64,000 nucleotides of DNA from Negaprion brevirostris. Taxonomy: Eukaryota. This document shows positions 26,960 through 40,774 of the stretch, piece after piece. The translations under genes were made by a program, and so were the position numbers. The stretch spans positions 6,562,388 through 6,626,387 of the forward strand of contig JARDVH010000031.1 of the NCBI GenBank assembly GCA_030324005.1, read 5' to 3'. A model generated the notes under the pieces. It searched no databases, had not been told where the DNA came from, and saw only the letters and a list, made by a program, of their open reading frames with translations. Each line of letters starts with the position of its first letter. The first letter of the stretch is position 1.

Positions 26960-28110
26960 CTCTGCAGAGTAGTATTAATCATCATCTAGAAAAGTACTGG
27001 TTAATCCTGGATAGTGTGCATGGCTTATTATCTCATGTCTAATTGATTGAATCTTCTGAGGAGGTAATAAAGGAGAGCAGCATGGTTGATGCAGGCCATA
27101 TAGATTTTAGCATGGCTTTTGACAAAGTCCCACATGGCAAACTGGCCAGATTAGTAAAATCCCAAAGGAAAGTGGCAAGTTGGGTCTAAAATTGGCTCAG
27201 TGGCAGGAAACAAAGGGTAATGGTCATAGGATGTTTTGATGAACAGAGGTTTCCAATGGACTTCTACAGGGCTCAGCACTTGTTGTAATGTATATAAATT
27301 AATGATTATGTAGGGAGCCTTATTAAGAGGTTTGCAAATGATATAAAAATTAAGGTTGTCAGTGAGGAAGGAAGTTGAAGATATCAATGAACTGATTTCT
27401 TATGGATGCAAATAGCAAAACGGTAAATGAACCTCAATCCAAAGTGCAGGGAACAGAGGGAGAGACAGTGCACATCTTGACAGCTCACTGAAGGCAAGAC
27501 AGGTCCACAAAGTGGTTAAAGGCATACGGATATTTCATTAAAAAAGGCATAGAATACAAGAGCAGTGGGATTATCAAACTGCATAAAAGACGAGACAGGC
27601 CACAGCTAGAACACTTTGTACAGTTCTTGTCACTAATGCAGAACTTGTTTGCAGTAGAGGGTATTGAACAGATTTAAGGGAATATTGCTAGGAATTGAGA
27701 ATTTTAATTATAAGCCCCGGCTGGAGTTGGAACAAGGAGATTTAACTGAGATGCATAATAGGGCCTAAGAATGGATGGGAAGGACCTATTTCTGTTAGCA
27801 GAGAGGTCAATAACTAGGGGGCAGATTTAAAGCAACTGATAAAAAGATTAGATGGGAATTGAGAATTTCTTTCACCCAAATGGATGTTTGGGATCTGGAA
27901 CTCACTGCCTGAAAGGATGGTANNNNNNNNNNNNNNNNNNNNNNNNNNNNNNNNNNNNNNNNNNNNNNNNNNNNNNNNNNNNNNNNNNNNNNNNNNNNNN
28001 NNNNNNNNNNNNNNNNNNNNNNAACTGATACAAAGATTAGCTGGGAATTGAGAATTTCTGTCACCCAAATGGATGTTTGGGATCTGGAACTCACTGCCTG
28101 AAAGGATGGT
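26960..28110 (+). mobile_element. CR1 LINE ORF2 fragment
   Basis: AFDKVPHGKL, NWLSGRKQRV and 3' motifs, degenerate. Confidence 0.75.
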
Positions 28111-30696
28111 ACAGAAAGAAAGGAAGAACACGCACATTTAAATAATGCATTTCACAGGATATCTCAATAAGCACTTTACAGTCAATTCAGTACTTTGGAA
28201 GTAATAGGCTGTAATGTAGGAAATTATCGTCTACAAACAAAGTACCTCCCTCTCCTTGAGGAATTGCCCCAAGAGCAGGAACAAATTTGTGGAATACTAT
28301 TAATTCTAGGTCTCTCACCATCCAGGGTTGAAAGACCAGTGATATCATTAGGACACTGCCATAGAATTTCTAATTTGATACCCAATAACCACCTAACCCA
28401 CTACTGTAGGAATTGGATCAACTCAAGCTTCCTGTTTTACACCCTGCCCAATCTTCCATCGTAGATTCTGGAAAGTAATTTTGAACAATCTAATTACTCT
28501 GGCCGGTTAAACAGAGCCATTTAGGTTAAACTTATTTTTTCCCTGCTACAACCCCATTGTGGGAGCAGCTTCACTATAAGGACTGCAGTGATTTAGGAGA
28601 AGACCAGCCACCACACTATGCAAGAGCATCTAGGGATGAACAATAGCTTTTGCCTGTCTTTCATCATACCAAAAATATAACGAGCCCCCAATATCATAAC
28701 ATGGTTAGTTTTCTTGATTAACAATGTCAGATCCAATTTTAAATCTTATAAATATTCCTTAAATTCTACCCATGGAAATCAAGAATTTTGAACTTTAAGA
28801 CTTCTGAAGAAAGATTAAGACTGGTTGTAAAGACTGATTGATTAAATAAATACATTCAACATGGGCAGGTTTAAGGAAGGCAACAGTGCTGGGAGCTCTT
28901 TGATAGGCAGTGCACATGCAGTAAAACTGCATCTGCAAGATTTTTAAACAGCAGTGAAAGTGAATGGGTATGGGTGTGTGTACTTGTCTGAGAGAGATAG
29001 CAGGCTTGTGTATACCAAGAAGGATAAAAATGGCAATGACATGGCAAGTCTGTCACCTCCAAGTCAGGAACCACTCTGTCTTGGGTATGTATTGTTGCTA
29101 ATTTGCAGCATGGCCTTTCACAGGTTCAAGTATCAAACTCAATAGGGGTGTAAAATTCAAACCAGGTGGCCTCTGTAGAAATCCAAGGGAAGCAAGTGTT
29201 TTTCAAAGTCCCTTTGTAATGCAACAGAGCTACATTTACTAAGGAGATGGAAGGGGAAGAAAGAATTATGTTTTCTTCCCCTTGCACTCATCACTATCTC
29301 CCCAATCCCAGTTGTATTAAATTGACGCTTTTCACATTTATCATCATGTGCTGGCTTCTCACCAAATTCTTCCCTGGATATGTTGACAAAACATTTTATT
29401 TTAAAATAAAATGTTCTTTTTTTAAAAAAAGTGTGTAGAATACATTAACAGCTGGTCAGATGATTAACGTCCTTATTTATTCTAAGCTACAGGGGCTCAG
29501 GTAGCACACTCACCAGTGCTGAGGTGCCTCAAAGCTAACTCCTGTTCACATATATTTCTAATCATTCCTACACCTCTGGTCAGTTTGGAACTCCCTCCCA
29601 CTCAGCCTGGTTTGTGAAACCACAATCTGCTCTTCATGCCTGCCTTTCACAATATCATGAATAGTGAGGCAGTTTTGAGACATTGGGAACCAGAGTGAGG
29701 TGTTTATTGCTAATCTGGCCACACAGTACTCTACGATACAAGCCCTACTGCCACCTCTCGAAATAAAATAGGACACTCGACCAGCAGCACTGCACGTCCA
29801 CACAAACACCTGCCTGCCTTCCAGTGCAAGTGTTCTGCTGCAACATGAGCCATGTCAAACAACAGCCTTGCTGATCTGACAACAGAAACTGAGGCCAGAG
29901 GTTGGTCTTCCGAATATTCCAAATATACAAAATCACAGCAACGGCAACTGGAATTTGGAAGGAAAACCTGGCAGCAGGGATTTATCTCAGGCTCTGGGGT
30001 ATTTGGCACCATTGCAAACTCCCAACACCAGCCAAGGCTGGAAAGCTGGACAGAAAAAGAATAGCACCTCCCATGACCTCAAGGTTTTGTAAAGTGCTCT
30101 ACAGCCAATAAAATACTTCTGATGTGAAGTCACTGTTGTAAAGAAGCAAAGGCTTATTGATTGGCCCGTTGGTTCAGGTATCCTTTAACTTCTGCAAACC
30201 AGGTGCTCTGTTCTCTCCCCTGAAAGGACAGGTCACAGATTTTATAAATTGCACCTAGACCGACCTGCATAAATTGGGTCTTGAATAAGCAACATCCACA
30301 ATTCTGACCAGCTGAGACCTTACTAGGTTTATGGTGAAAATACCTTGCTCGTCTGTGCGTTCATTGCCACATTAGAGTTCCCTCTAATTACCCGTAAAGC
30401 AAGACAACCCACTCAGATGTGACTGCCAGCTTTATAATCAAATATCTGATGTCATTTGAGGGCAGCATTAATGAGTGGGCACTTACCAGCTTACAGAGAT
30501 GCAGCTAGAGTCAGCTGGGTGGATTTAACCTGAATGGGTAGCTTGTAGGCAGTGCTTTGAAGACTGTGGCACAGTTCAGATTCTACTGAACAAGCGTCTA
30601 TGACACAAATAAAACTCCGGATTTTAGATTGTTTCTTCAGATTAAGAACATTTCATACAATAATAAAATTATAAATCACAGATGGGTTAGTATTGG

Positions 30697-30920
30697 TCAT
30701 CTTGTTTTCCGGTCATTGTCCAAGTGCCCATTTTTGACCTTCTCTCCAAACTGCAGATGTTGGTGACTGTAATGCTTGATGAGAGCTCCTGGGACAAGTG
30801 CCACCATGGCAATAGCCAGCAGTTTCATGAGGATGGACCAGGAAAACAGGTTATCCAGGGAAGAGATCTCAGACAGGATGCAGCCAGTCTGGACGCAGAT
30901 AAAATTATAGGGGAGAAGAC
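30697..30920 (-). CDS. TMEM41A: TMEM41A exon 5 (terminal coding exon)
   Basis: tttttag acceptor; (G)LLPYNFICVQTGCILSEISSLDNLFSWSILMKLLAIAMVALVPGALIKHYSHQHLQFGEKVKNGHLDNDRKTR*. Confidence 0.95.
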
Positions 30921-31803
30921 CTAAAAAAACGAAAGAAACTATTTGAACTGCTTCTAATGTTAAAACTCAATAAATATTCAAAAAAATGTTTTCTTCCTCA
31001 CTGAAAGAATGATTTACTGCTGCAGATAGCAGAACTCTCTCAACTGCCCAACAAACGTGAACAGTGAGGCTCTGACACAAAGACAAGGAACACAGATTTC
31101 AATCTGAACCTCATCCAATGCACATAAAGGTGAATGGACAGATATGGAGAGCAGGAAGCATGAATGCAGAGCCTCCTCTGACTGATTTGGCACCCACAGG
31201 ACAGGCACAGAATGGGTTAGATAAAGTGAAGTTCTCCCATCAAGCTGCCTTAACATTCTTCATGCATAGCAGCCAAGAGCAGTGCTTCAAGTACAAAATT
31301 AAATTCACAAATTGTGTTGCAGGATAAAATGTACAGACTTTTTTTTCGTAACATATATTCATGGAACTTGTGAAATGCTGGTAAGGACACTTTGGTTACC
31401 TGTTCTGTAATGTCCTGAGGTGGGGTAATAAACCTATTCCCTGAACCACCACAGTGGATAATTTCAAGATATTCCAAGGATAATGTGATATATTTCCAGA
31501 TCAAGGTGGCATGCAAATTGGAATGAACCTCAGAGCTGATAACAATCCCATAGCATTGCTACTATTGTCTTTGTTGATAAAAGTGGGAAGTGCTGAAGTA
31601 AGCTAGCTGAATTGCTGTTTGGGACTTTTTTAAATCATTTGTGGGATGCGGGCGTTACTGGCTGGCCAGCATTTATTGCCTATCCCTCGTTGCTCTCGAG
31701 AAGGTGGTGAGCTGCCTTCTTGAATCACTGCAGTGCTGTGGGTTGAGTGGGAATTCCAGGATTTTGACCCAGCGACTGCAAAGGAATGGCAATATATTTC
31801 CAA

Positions 31804-31965
31804 CGCAAGAAGTCTCACAACACCAGGTTAGAGTCCAACAGGTTTATTTGGTAGTAAACATCACTAGCTTTCAGGGTTTGCCCCTTCGTCAGGTGACTTT
31901 AACCTGGTGTTGTGAGACATCTTATTGTGTTTACCCTAATCCAACGCTGGCATCTCCATATCATG
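31804..31965. mobile_element. Short Penelope-derived insertion with internal inverted repeat and 12-bp target-site duplication
   Basis: atatatttccaa at 31792-31803 and 31966-31977; arms aagaagtctcacaacaccaggttagagtc and gactttaacctggtgttgtgagacatctt. Confidence 0.75.
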
Positions 31966-32602
31966 ATATATTTCCAAGTAAGGACGGTGAGTAGCTTGGC
32001 TACTCACAGACAAGAACATTTGGAATGTTCAAAATGCAGCTGAACTACATAATTGAAGGGATAAGATAACAGAAGGGTGGGTGTCAACAGGAGAGGTGGT
32101 AATAGAGGGAAGGGTTTAATGGGGGATTTGACATATAGCCTTTGGTGGGAGAGTAACAGCATTATAAGGATGGGATTTGATGATCTGAATGACCTTTTCT
32201 CAATGTAAAAACATAATTTTACTTACCACAGATATTGACTTACAAGTCAACAACTGAAGTCTAAAAAAACCCCCAAAGAGAAGACTGACCTACATGTTGA
32301 GTATAAGTTAACCTGGGTATGGGGTGGTTGCCATTTTGAAATGCCATTAGCATCTGGCACAAAGATTGGGCATGTCTCANNNNNNNNNNNNNNNNNNNNN
32401 NNNNNNNNNNNNNNNNNNNNNNNNNNNNNNNNNNNNNNNNNNNNNNNNNNNNNNNNNNNNNNNNNNNNNNNNNNNNNNNNNNNNNNAGGTCCTGGTATCT
32501 GCTCAGTGTTACTGTCCCTATCCATTATTTCCTCATTTTCCCTAACTAAAAACATGTCCTCCAAAATGGGATCATTTTATAGGCTGGGTCAACACTGATT
32601 TA

Positions 32603-32833
<231 letters not shown>

Positions 32834-33929
32834 TTAAGTCAATATCAATGCCTGAATCAACAGATCTCATCCTGCACATGACACCTACCCCTTGAATAGA
32901 TTCAAAATGAATACTGATAGAAAACTAACATTTGATAACAAACAAGCAGATTACACCTCTATTAATCCTACCCTGTGCAATCAATTCATTCTACCTGACT
33001 ATTGTGAGACTGTTTGCTACTTAGGAGCTTCTATGACACTAATACAGTTTGGGAGAATTAGCAGCCCTTTGACTGTTCAGGCTGCTCCATTTGTCTCTGC
33101 CTGGGTTCAGCATCGTTCATCGAGCTGGTGTCAAGCAGAGGTTAGCACTGGCTTGCCAAGAGGAGCTTTTTTTTCCCCCAGACTGTACACAGTAAAAAAA
33201 GGGGACATGCATGTAGGGACAGGAGAAACAGGGAAGGTATTAAACAAATACTTTGCATCTTTCTTTACAAAGCAAATATCTGCAATATTGCTTTGTACAG
33301 CACAAATAGTCCTCATTTATAATCAAATCACTAGTTTTTACTACCTTCTGCTGGAAGAGAGCAGCAGGAATCAAAGCAGTAATGTGATGTTGGAACAGAG
33401 TGCATAGTGGGAGCAAAACTAAAAGGTTAAAGCAGAGTTACTGAATGACCAATTTAGCACTCAAGTAGTAGAACATGTTCCCAGCTACTACTAATAAAAA
33501 GTCTGAATCTTTTTCTGTACTCTTGCAATTTGCCAATCAGCCTACGTATAACTATTGACTTTAAATAAACTAAAGAAGTGAGCGAATTAATTTTATAAAC
33601 TCCTAAACATGAGGAACTTGTATGCAACTTGCTATGTATTGCATGTACATCTGACTGTGCAAAATATACTCTCATCCAATAGGTGGTTTATAGAAGTAAG
33701 TGTCTGTGGGAAAGAAATTGACAGCAAAATATTTAAATAATGATTCACATTCTTCCTATCAGCTAATTCCTCTCGCTTTCCAAGCTGTTCATTATTAGCT
33801 ATGATGTAGTCCCATGGATGAACTTAGACAGGAGCCTTAATACAGAGACAGAGACATCACAATACTGAAAAAAATTCTCATTTCCCCTCTATCTCTAGCC
33901 AATCATTTTAAATCTTTCTGGCTATTGAC

Positions 33930-36900
33930 TCAGTTGCCAGAAGCAGCATTTTTTTCTATACCTGCTCTCTTTAAAACCCTCAAGTTTTGAATACCTCAAT
34001 AGCACCCACTTCACTTTTTTCAGCTCTAAGGAGATTAATCCTGGCTTCTGCAATCTCCCTTCAGAGCTCTCCACTAATGTTCCTCATTCCTTGTACCAGT
34101 CTCAAATCTCCTCCGCAAGCCTTCCAATGGCTTCCTGAAGTGTGGTGCCCAGAACTGGCCACAATACTCCAGCGTAGGCCTAACTTTGTAAATATTCAGC
34201 ATGGCTTGCTTGTTTCTTTTTTAATGTCCCTATTTACAAAGCCAGTTATCCCATACTTTTATCTGACTGCCTTTTAACTTGCCCTGCAACCTTCAAAGGA
34301 TTGCAAATAACTAAATTAAATTTTATTGGCCACTTGTCTGCCACCTTGCCAGTTTGCCTATGCTGTTCATCATTCACTATTTTTCCAGGTTTAGTTTTAT
34401 CAACAAATTTCAAAATATTCCCTGTACCCAAGTCCAGGTCAATAATATTTAGCAAGAAAAGCAATGATTCCAATACCAAGCACCGGGGATCTGCACGGCA
34501 GATTTCTCTCCAGTCAGAAAAACAGCCATTTACCATTACATTCAGCCTCCTATATCCTTAGTCAATTATGTATCCAAGTTACTATCATTCTTCAAATATT
34601 GTGGTTCCATTTCCAAATAAGTCTGCTGCATGGTATTTCATCAAATACCTTCGCAAAATCCCTATCTTTGTCAACAGTTATTTTAAGGAATTCAGATTAG
34701 TCAATCACATTTTGCCTTTAAAAATCTGCGCTGGCTCCTTTATTAAGTTTCTCCAAGTAGTAATCTTTCCACCACTAACATTACTGATTGACCTGTAATT
34801 ATCAAGTTGATTCCTTTCCCCCTTTTTAACAGGGGTTTAGTATTTGCAATCCTCCAATCCTCTGGCACCACTTCCATATTCAAGGAAGGCTGAAACATTG
34901 TGATTAGAGTTTGTCTCCACCCAGGCTTCCATGCACAAATCTAGGATGCATCCCATTGGAATTAGGGACTCATTAGCACTGAATGATAACCTATTTTGCA
35001 CCTTTTTATATTTTCATTCTACGCAATATCTCCGCTGTGACATTAACATCCTCTTTCTGAAGACAGATGCAAAATATTTAAGAAACACATGCACACAAGA
35101 AATTTTTCAAAACAATCATAGCTGGTCTGCACCTTCAAACCCACTTTCCCAGTTGCTCCCCAAATCCCTCTATTCCCTCAAAGGCCAAAAATCTATCCAT
35201 CTCAGCCTTACATGCATTCAATGACAGAGCATCCATAACTTTTTGGGGAAGAGAATTCCAAAGAATCACAACCCTCTTGAAGAAATTCCCCCTCATCTCA
35301 GTTCTAAATGATTGACTTTTCATGCTGAAACTACGTTACCATGTAATACATGTCCCAGCCAGGGAAACAGTCTACCCATGTCAAACATCTTCAGAATCTT
35401 GTATGTTTCAATGAGATCACCTCAATTTTCTGAACTCCAGAGAGAAGACCCAATTTACTCAACCTATCATAGGACAATCCTCTCATCCCAGGTACCAATC
35501 TAGAGAACCTTTGCTGTACCACCTCCCATGCAAGTATTAAATTCTTTATTGATGGAGATCAAAACTGCACACAGTACTCTGTGTGTTCCCACCAAAGTCT
35601 TGTTCATTTTTCTTGTAATCCAATCCCCTTGCTAAGGCCAATAGGCAATGTGGCTTCATAACTACTTGTTGTACCTGCATGGTAACTTTGTGTTCCTTGG
35701 ATGAGCACACAAGTCCCTCTGAATATCAACATTTATTAATTTCACATCTTCTAAAAAAAACCTCTCATCTGCCCACACTATACTCCTTTAGCTATTTGGT
35801 TACTCTGCAAAGATGATAAAAATATTTGTTCAATACATCTTCCATTTCCTCATTCCCCACAATAATTACTCTTTTTTCTGCCTCCAGGGGATCAACGTTT
35901 ACTTTAACTACTCTCCCTCTTTGTATACATCTGCAAAAATTCTTACAATCTAATATTCCTGGCTGGTTTAATCTCATTCAAGCTTTTCCCATTTCATTAA
36001 TTTTGTGGTGATCCTTTGCTGGTTTCTAAAACATTCCTAATCTTCAGGATTACCACCACTCCTGGTAACATTTTAAGCTTTTCCATTTAATGTATTATCC
36101 TTAACTTCTCAAGAAATCATGGAATATATTTCTTGCTGAGAATTTGTTTTTGATTAAAATGGAAAGCACCTTTGCTAATCATTTTGAATATTTTCTTTAT
36201 ATGTTTTCCACTGCTTATTTATATCCAGTTTTTAGTCTATTTACCCAATCAACCTTAGCCAGCTCTCTCCTCATACTTATGCAATTGGCTTTGTTTACAT
36301 TTAAGATTTTTCTTTGGGACTTCTCACAACTTGTGTCATTTTTTACTATCAGGGCTAACATTGCTTCTCTACTTCTGTCTGCCTTTTCCGAATGTTTTTT
36401 ACCCCGGAATATTTATTTCCCAACCTTGGGATCATGACTAATGGTGATTAGATCTAAAATGGTTATCACTACTTGTGCCACTGGTGCAGCTACCTTGGGG
36501 CGAATGCTTTTGTCATTTAGATAAGGGCCTTTTTTTAAATACCATTACTTGCATGCGCCTTGCTGGCTGATGCAATATTACTGTTGAACGCACTGTCCTT
36601 CTCTTCTTGTCTTGTACACAATTGTTACACTGTTCTATAGTCTCAACTTTTCTATTTGAACAGCGTCAATCCCCCTGACTATACTGTGCCCCATTATATT
36701 CCTTTCCCTCTCCCATTGAATTGTATCCTGCACCAAGGTTCCATGGTCAGTTTGCTCATCTACATTGCAGTCCTTGTTCTCATCCACAGCTAGCAAGTAT
36801 CTTGTACCTGCTCATCAATATCAAGGGCTGATGTTTCAATCACTTTATGTTGGATCCTTGCACTTACCTGATTCACAGCCACACACTTCAATTGCTAACC

Positions 36901-37110
36901 ATTGAACAAGTTTAAATAAGGGGCATGAATACCTCCCAAATCGAAGTATCCCTAAAACAATCCCCCTCTTAGATGTACCACAACGCCTGCACATCTGATT
37001 CAGCTGAGTAACCCTGAGCCAAAGCTGCTCAATATGCAAACACTTAACACATATATGGTGGTTCATTGCACAAACTCCCACATGTTGTAGCCACAGCACA
37101 CCAAATACCC
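33930..37110 (-). mobile_element. Nested degenerate CR1 LINEs
   Basis: ORFs VNGCFSDW...LFLLNIIDLD, FRTEMRGNFFKRVVILWNSLPQ, KVNVDPLE...VLNKYF, and ORF1-like HICVKCLHIEQLWLRV. Confidence 0.8.
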
Positions 37111-37789
37111 TCAATTAAAAAGAAACCCCAGAACTAAAGATTAGAATTGGCTTCCAAGACCTTCAACATTTCGAACGATTCTCCCATCCCACCGCGTTAA
37201 TTTTTTAATGCAGTGGGCTGGGAGAATCCCACTGGGGGCAATTCACAGGGTTTGCTCGCACATTTGCGCCCCACTAGCTTCTCCCAGCACTGGATTTGCA
37301 GCAACATCTGTTCTGTGCTGGAAATCGGCAGGGAGGTCCAAAGATCATTTAAATGGTCATTTGAGTATAATTTAAATTTGATTAGCAGGCCCAGGAATGA
37401 AGTCTCTGGGTCTGCTAGTATCTCCTTCCCCGCCAAAGTGGTTCATTCCAGTGGGATTACACTAGCTCCCCACTAACAGGAAATTAGCAGCCCGACCTCG
37501 CTCAAGTGAAGGGGGGCAATCAGGGACCCGCAGAGGGTCTGACGGCAGGGTGGTGCTCCCTGGGCATTGGCACATTGGCAGTGCCAGTCTGTACCATCTG
37601 GCACTGCCCAAGAGACAAGGTACCAATGCCCAGGGGCACTTTGGCACTGCCCATTGGGCATGGGGCAGTGTCAAGGGATGGGGTCATGGGATAGAGTGGG
37701 AGGTGATGGGATGGGGTGAGATGTGAGGGATATTGGAGATGATGGCAGCGGTGGGGAAGTGGATGATCAATTTCTGCACCTTAATTGCA

Positions 37790-38135
37790 ATGTTGAGGGA
37801 GTGTTGCATTGTTAGAGATGCTGTCTCTCGGGTGAGGCATTGAGGCTCTTTCTGCCTGCCCAGGTGGATGCAGAAGACCCCCCACCCCTTGAAGAAGTGC
37901 AAGTGATTAATCCCTGGTGCCCTGCCCAATATTTAGCCCTCAATTAACATCGTAACAACACAGTTTACCTGATTATTAGCACACGGCTATTTGTCAGAGC
38001 TTGCTGTGCACAAATTGGCCACCGACCACATTTGCTACATTGCAGCAGTGACTGCACCTCCAATAGTATCTTGTGGCTGTAAAGAGCATTGGGATGTTCA
38101 GTGATTCTGAAGGGCACTACATGAATATACTTTTT
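37790..38135 (+). mobile_element. DeuSINE (SacSINE1-like) fragment
   Basis: gcccaatatttagccctcaattaacat...gagcttgctgtgcacaaattggc...tacattgcagcagtgactgcac core; related copies near 42190-42460 and 59590-59890. Confidence 0.6.
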
Positions 38136-38690
38136 ACAATAAAATAACAAGCAGCACCAAGTTACCTCCACAGACTGTAAGTCCTGCTGTTATGATAATG
38201 TGCTCTTTTAAAACAAAATGCACAACATAGACTGATTATTTGTTCGTATGAAATTAGCATTCTTACAATTTCCACAGGGATTGTTGTTTAGAGAAACAGA
38301 TGTCACATCAGTGCAGTATGGCTTGGTCTTATGAAGTTGGCACCATAGAACATGGCTTAATCAGAGAAGGGAAAGTTTCACTTTATATGTAATCATGGGA
38401 CTGGGAGTGCTTGTTGAACTTAATGTCTGAAATAGGGAAATATTCGATTTTTCTCTGTCAGCGTTGCTTAGCTTGCCTTGATAGGAAGAATGAGGAAAAG
38501 CAATATAAAATAACGATTGCAATTCTAAAGCAGATACAGAAACAGAGAGACCTGGGTTATATGTGCACAAGTGACTGACATGGTAAAACAGATGGAGAAA
38601 GTGGTTAAAAGTGCATGCGGAATTCTGGTCTTATTAATAGAGGAATACAAAAGCAAGGAGATTATGATCAATGGCCTCAGTTGACATTTT

Positions 38691-38907
38691 GGGTGGAATT
38701 CTCCCAGCCCACCCACCACAGGAATTGTAGCGGGCCGGACACAGCCCATGCACAGATCTGTTGACCTCAGGTGGGATTTTCGAACAACCATGGCTGAAAA
38801 GCTCGCTCTAAAGCCAGAAAATTCTTCCCACCTTCAATGGGCCTTTGCATGGTCCATGTCCTGCCCATTATGATTCTCCTGGAGGGCAAGATGGGAAAAT
38901 CCCACCC
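38691..38907. mobile_element. MITE (PIF/Harbinger-like) inserted in a CR1 fragment (38440-39440)
   Basis: Terminal inverted repeats GGGTGGAATTCTCCCA and TGGGAAAATCCCACCC (14 of 16 complementary); related short copies at about 61038-61155 and 61356-61475; superfamily assignment is inference. Confidence 0.65.
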
Positions 38908-40013
38908 AATGTATCCAATTCTGGGGCATCACATCTTAGGAAGAATGTGAAATCTTTACAGAGGTTTGCAGAGAAGATGCACAAGATTCGTTCTGGGAAT
39001 GAGGGATTTCAGTTACAATGGACCAATGGATAGATCGGCGAAACTGGGTCTGTGCATTGAGACTAAAAAGTTGAGAGAAGGTTTGAATGAGGTGTTCGAA
39101 ATCGTGACCGGTCTTGACAGAATAGGTAGAAACTGCTCCAATTAAGAATCAAGTATCAGAGGGCATTAATATAAAGTGAGAGGTAAAAGAAACATGACAG
39201 ACATGAGGAAAAACTTATTTACGACAGCAAGTGGTTAGGATCCGGAGTGCCCTGCCTGAGAGTGCAGTGGAAACAGATTCAATCGTGAAATGGATAAGCT
39301 TCTAAAATGAAAAAAAATTTTAGGGCTATAAGAATGGGCCAGAGTGTGGGATGAGCTGATTAACTCTTACAGAGAGCTGTCATTGACACGTGAGGCTAAA
39401 TGGCCTCCCTACATTCTGCAATCATGCAATGATTTTATGAACTTAAAATTCACAAAAATGTATTAATGCTACATATATAAACTGAATACAGTAACTGGAA
39501 ATAATGTGATTGGGGCTGCCAGTGATCTAATCTGGAATAAATCACTTGTCTTAGTTTATTCTTCATGCTGCAATGATCCTTATTGTGTTTGAGCATCACT
39601 GCCTGACCCTTTTAGCAGAAAGTGTGCCATTATATTTACTGCTCAAGTGTTGAAATTGAGAGGCCTTGCAATGGTGAGTGATCTGCTAGTCTTGACTGAG
39701 GATCTTGGTTTGAGAAGAGACAGATCACTTCCTGCACCACTCTCAGGTCAAACACGGAGCCACTTTGACGCCATCTCTGGGCTCAGCTGTCGCAACTGAC
39801 AAGATGGAGCACAAGGGGGTGAATGGAGGGTAACCTGTGAGTAAACTCCAGGTTTCTTCAATATCTAGTGAGAGACTGTACCAGCTTGAACCTCACTCAA
39901 ACCTTTGACCAGAGTTACCAGCTTTTCTTTCCAATCCTGTTACTCTCCATTTGGTATTAGCCTAGTGGAATATGTTGACTTTATTGATCAGGTTGCTTTC
40001 ATGTTGTTTTCAG

Positions 40014-40113
40014 ACAGCTCATGTGAAACAAAGAAGTTGGTATACATTTCCACGTCACTGATTGCTAAGCGAAATTTGCAACTCCCTGCAGATAAACAGA
40101 CACCAGAAGACAT
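40014..40113 (+). CDS. LRRC46: LRRC46-like exon (equivalent to exon 2), antisense within TMEM41A intron 3
   Basis: ttttcag acceptor and AT|gtgagt donor; open 100 nt encoding SSCETKKLVYISTSLIAKRNLQLPADKQTPED, resembling recalled LRRC46 VCITEALITKRNLTFPEDGELSEK. Confidence 0.72.
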
Positions 40114-40485
40114 GTGAGTGGCCACAGCTTGGCAGTGGGAGTCCATAAGAAACATCACTGTCTGGATCATTGTACGGTAGCAGCAATGAGGCATTAGACT
40201 TTCCCAATCAGTTAATATTAACGATCTTTTTTGTTAGAGCACCATGCTCTGCAGATCAGAAGGTTCCTGCTCTATCCTGTGATTGATTATCTCATCCTAT
40301 ATATTCCCAATTCTTGACTGCTACCCTGCAAACTCTTGGTAAATACTGTGTGTGCTTATTAGTAAGGTCAGTGGTGATCCTCTATGCAGTAGAATAGTGT
40401 GCTAAATCTCACTCTAGGCTCACAGAACAGCGAGGTACTCAAGGGCAGCCAGCACCAGTGGAATCAAATCCCAGCAAGGGGAAAA

Positions 40486-40774
40486 GGGATGGCACAGTGT
40501 TTAGCACTGCTGCCTCATAGTGCTAGGGACTTGTGTTCGATTCTTAGCATGGGCCAGTCTCTGTGTGGAGTGTGTACATACTCCCCATGTCTCTGTGGGT
40601 TTCCTCCGGGTGCTCCAGTTTGCTTCCACAGTCCAAAAGACATGGGAGGAAACCTACGCAGACATGGGGAGAATGTACAGACTCCGCACGGACAGTGACC
40701 CAAGCTGGGAATTGAACCTGGGGTCCCTGGCACTGTAAGGCAGCAGTGCTAGCCACTGTGCCATCATGCTGCCC
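40486..40774. mobile_element. Two V-SINE 5' halves fused in inverted orientation
   Basis: + strand head/core at 40486-40643 directly followed by - strand head/core at 40644-40774. Confidence 0.85.

Noticed and set aside
27834-28111. ~89-bp direct duplication flanking a 100-N gap
   Set aside because: Same pattern with three substitutions; most likely an assembly overlap or haplotype artefact
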